From: Promethearchaeota archaeon
GTDB lineage: Archaea; Asgardarchaeota; Lokiarchaeia; Sigyniarchaeales; SOKP01
Reading direction: 5' to 3'
Assembly (NCBI GenBank): GCA_019057795.1
Contig: JAHLWS010000077.1
Coordinates: 96,001 to 160,000 of the forward strand
DNA: 64,000 nucleotides
Shown here piece by piece: positions 62,677 through 64,000 of this stretch. A program made the translations under genes and the position numbers. Each line of letters opens with the position of its first letter. Positions within the stretch are counted from its first letter, which is position 1. The notes beneath the pieces were generated by a model that saw nothing but the letters and a program-made list of their open reading frames with translations, was not told the origin of the DNA and ran no database searches.

Positions 62677-63699
62677 ATGATTCAAATAGAAATTATTTTA
62701 TTAACCAACAATATTGTTTTACCTTTTCAACAACTAAAACAAGATTATCAATTGGATTTTATCGAACTGAATAAATTATTTGCTACTAAATCATTAGCAG
62801 AACACGGATTAGGATTCTTGATAAATGTTTACGAAGTTCAAGATTCTGATAATTTTACAAACTCAAAACTATTAAAAAAAATAATTTTTGATACTGGGGG
62901 GCCAAACTTAACCTTTTTACACAATTCAGATTTAAGGGGATACCAATTTTACGATATCGATATGTTAATTTTATCACATTGGCATTATGATCATAGTGGT
63001 GGATTACTAAAAATATTAGAAAGGATAGAAAAAGAAGTGCCTTTTATTTGCCATGAGAGCGCCAATTTCGAAAGGTTTTTCAGGCGTGAGAAAAATTTAA
63101 AAATTGAAGATTTAAAAGGAAAGTCAAGAGAAGAGATTCTGCCATTGCTCTCGTCTTCAAAGATTGTCAATCAAGAGCCAATAGATTTAGAAAAAATAAA
63201 GAGTTTAAAAGGAAAAATTCAATTTACAAAAGATATTTGTGAAATCCTAAATATGGATGGGCTCAAAATTACCGTAAGCGGAGAAATTCCTAGAAATCAC
63301 ATTGAAGAAGATTTCAATAACTTCTTTTCGCTTCAAGAGGGCAATCTAAAGACGGATAAAATATTAGATGACAAATGTTTGATTTTAGAGTTTGATGAAA
63401 ACATAGTTTTGATAAACGGTTGTTGCCATTCGGGTTTAATGAATACCTTAGATTACGTAAAGTATTACTCAAATAAACCGATAAGTCATATAATAGGGGG
63501 ATTTCATATGGCGGGAGCGTCTGAAGAAAGAATTAGAGTTACAATAGATTACTTAAACAAACTAAATATGTTTGATGATACGCTATATATCTTTCCTATT
63601 CATTGTAGCGGAGAAAAAATTATCGAAATGGTTAATAAAAACAGTAATAGTAGAATTAAGGCGTTTAACACGAGTGTAGGGACAACCTTCAATTTTTAA
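62677..63699 (+). CDS. MBL-fold metallohydrolase (MJ0448-like family)
   Basis: AEHGL, FDTG, SHWHYDHSGG, GCCHSG, GGFH and HCSG. Confidence 0.88.
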   Translation: MIQIEIILLTNNIVLPFQQLKQDYQLDFIELNKLFATKSLAEHGLGFLINVYEVQDSDNFTNSKLLKKIIFDTGGPNLTFLHNSDLRGYQFYDIDMLILSHWHYDHSGGLLKILERIEKEVPFICHESANFERFFRREKNLKIEDLKGKSREEILPLLSSSKIVNQEPIDLEKIKSLKGKIQFTKDICEILNMDGLKITVSGEIPRNHIEEDFNNFFSLQEGNLKTDKILDDKCLILEFDENIVLINGCCHSGLMNTLDYVKYYSNKPISHIIGGFHMAGASEERIRVTIDYLNKLNMFDDTLYIFPIHCSGEKIIEMVNKNSNSRIKAFNTSVGTTFNF

Positions 63700-63832
63700 T
63701 AAGAGTTTATCTCTAAATCAGTTCACAGATTTGTAAATTTGAAATAAATAATTAACGCTTTTCTTTAAATCCACAAAATTAAAAAGTTATATAATATTTT
63801 CTATTATATAAATTCTACTCGTATTCTATACA

Positions 63833-64000
63833 ATGATTAGGTTAAAAAAAGGCATAACTATTAATCCACGATTGATTGCTTTTGTTGCAGTTATGAGCGT
63901 TTATATCATATTAGCCTTTTTTGATATTTTTAATCTTTTGTCAATGATAGGAATTTTTGTTTTTTTATCATTATTCAGTTCTTCATTAGCGACAATAATT
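63833..64000 (+). CDS. Membrane protein, 3'-truncated by the window edge
   Basis: ATG at 63833 opens a hydrophobic frame running off the end (MIRLKKGITINPRLIAFVAVMSVYIILAFF...). Confidence 0.55.
   Translation, partial: MIRLKKGITINPRLIAFVAVMSVYIILAFFDIFNLLSMIGIFVFLSLFSSSLATII

Overview
AT-rich archaeal chromosomal window, most consistent with an Asgard archaeon of the Lokiarchaeia/Promethearchaeota type. The assignment is inferred from gene content: aCPSF1, proteasome beta, a TFB fragment, archaeal tRNAs, a divergent EF-2 paralog, ITPK1-like kinases and several eukaryote-signature-like proteins. Left to right: (1) the 3' part of a giant gene (>1830 aa, open off the left edge) with hydrophobic segments, HTH-like motifs and an HNH-like C-terminus, followed by a tandem duplication of a small Zn-finger gene with a hypervariable core, which resembles a polymorphic toxin/immunity locus; (2) housekeeping and signature-like genes, including a Zn-finger/winged-helix/adaptin-ear-like protein, a Par14-like parvulin, a tRNA-Gln with a T-loop intron, dGTPase, aCPSF1, purN and the EF-2 paralog; (3) a decayed signalling islet beside tRNA-Gly with two RHH-HisKA-REC proteins and a head-to-head cheB/tfb deletion scar; (4) an inositol-phosphate cluster with myo-inositol-1-phosphate synthase, four ITPK1/RimK-like ATP-grasp proteins, a HAD phosphatase with a polybasic tail, an MFS transporter, a dehydrogenase and a glycosidase-like protein; (5) FKBP, radical SAM, a GIFT-like protein, psmB and a ThrRS editing domain; (6) a glycan-utilisation cluster (aldolase, sulfatase, GH2, GH4, YdjC, GPH transporter, GH29), then two geranylgeranyl-reductase paralogs and membrane proteins. 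Two intergenic structured elements and an IS200/IS605-type end hairpin were also seen. All family calls come from motif recognition by eye; no searches were run.
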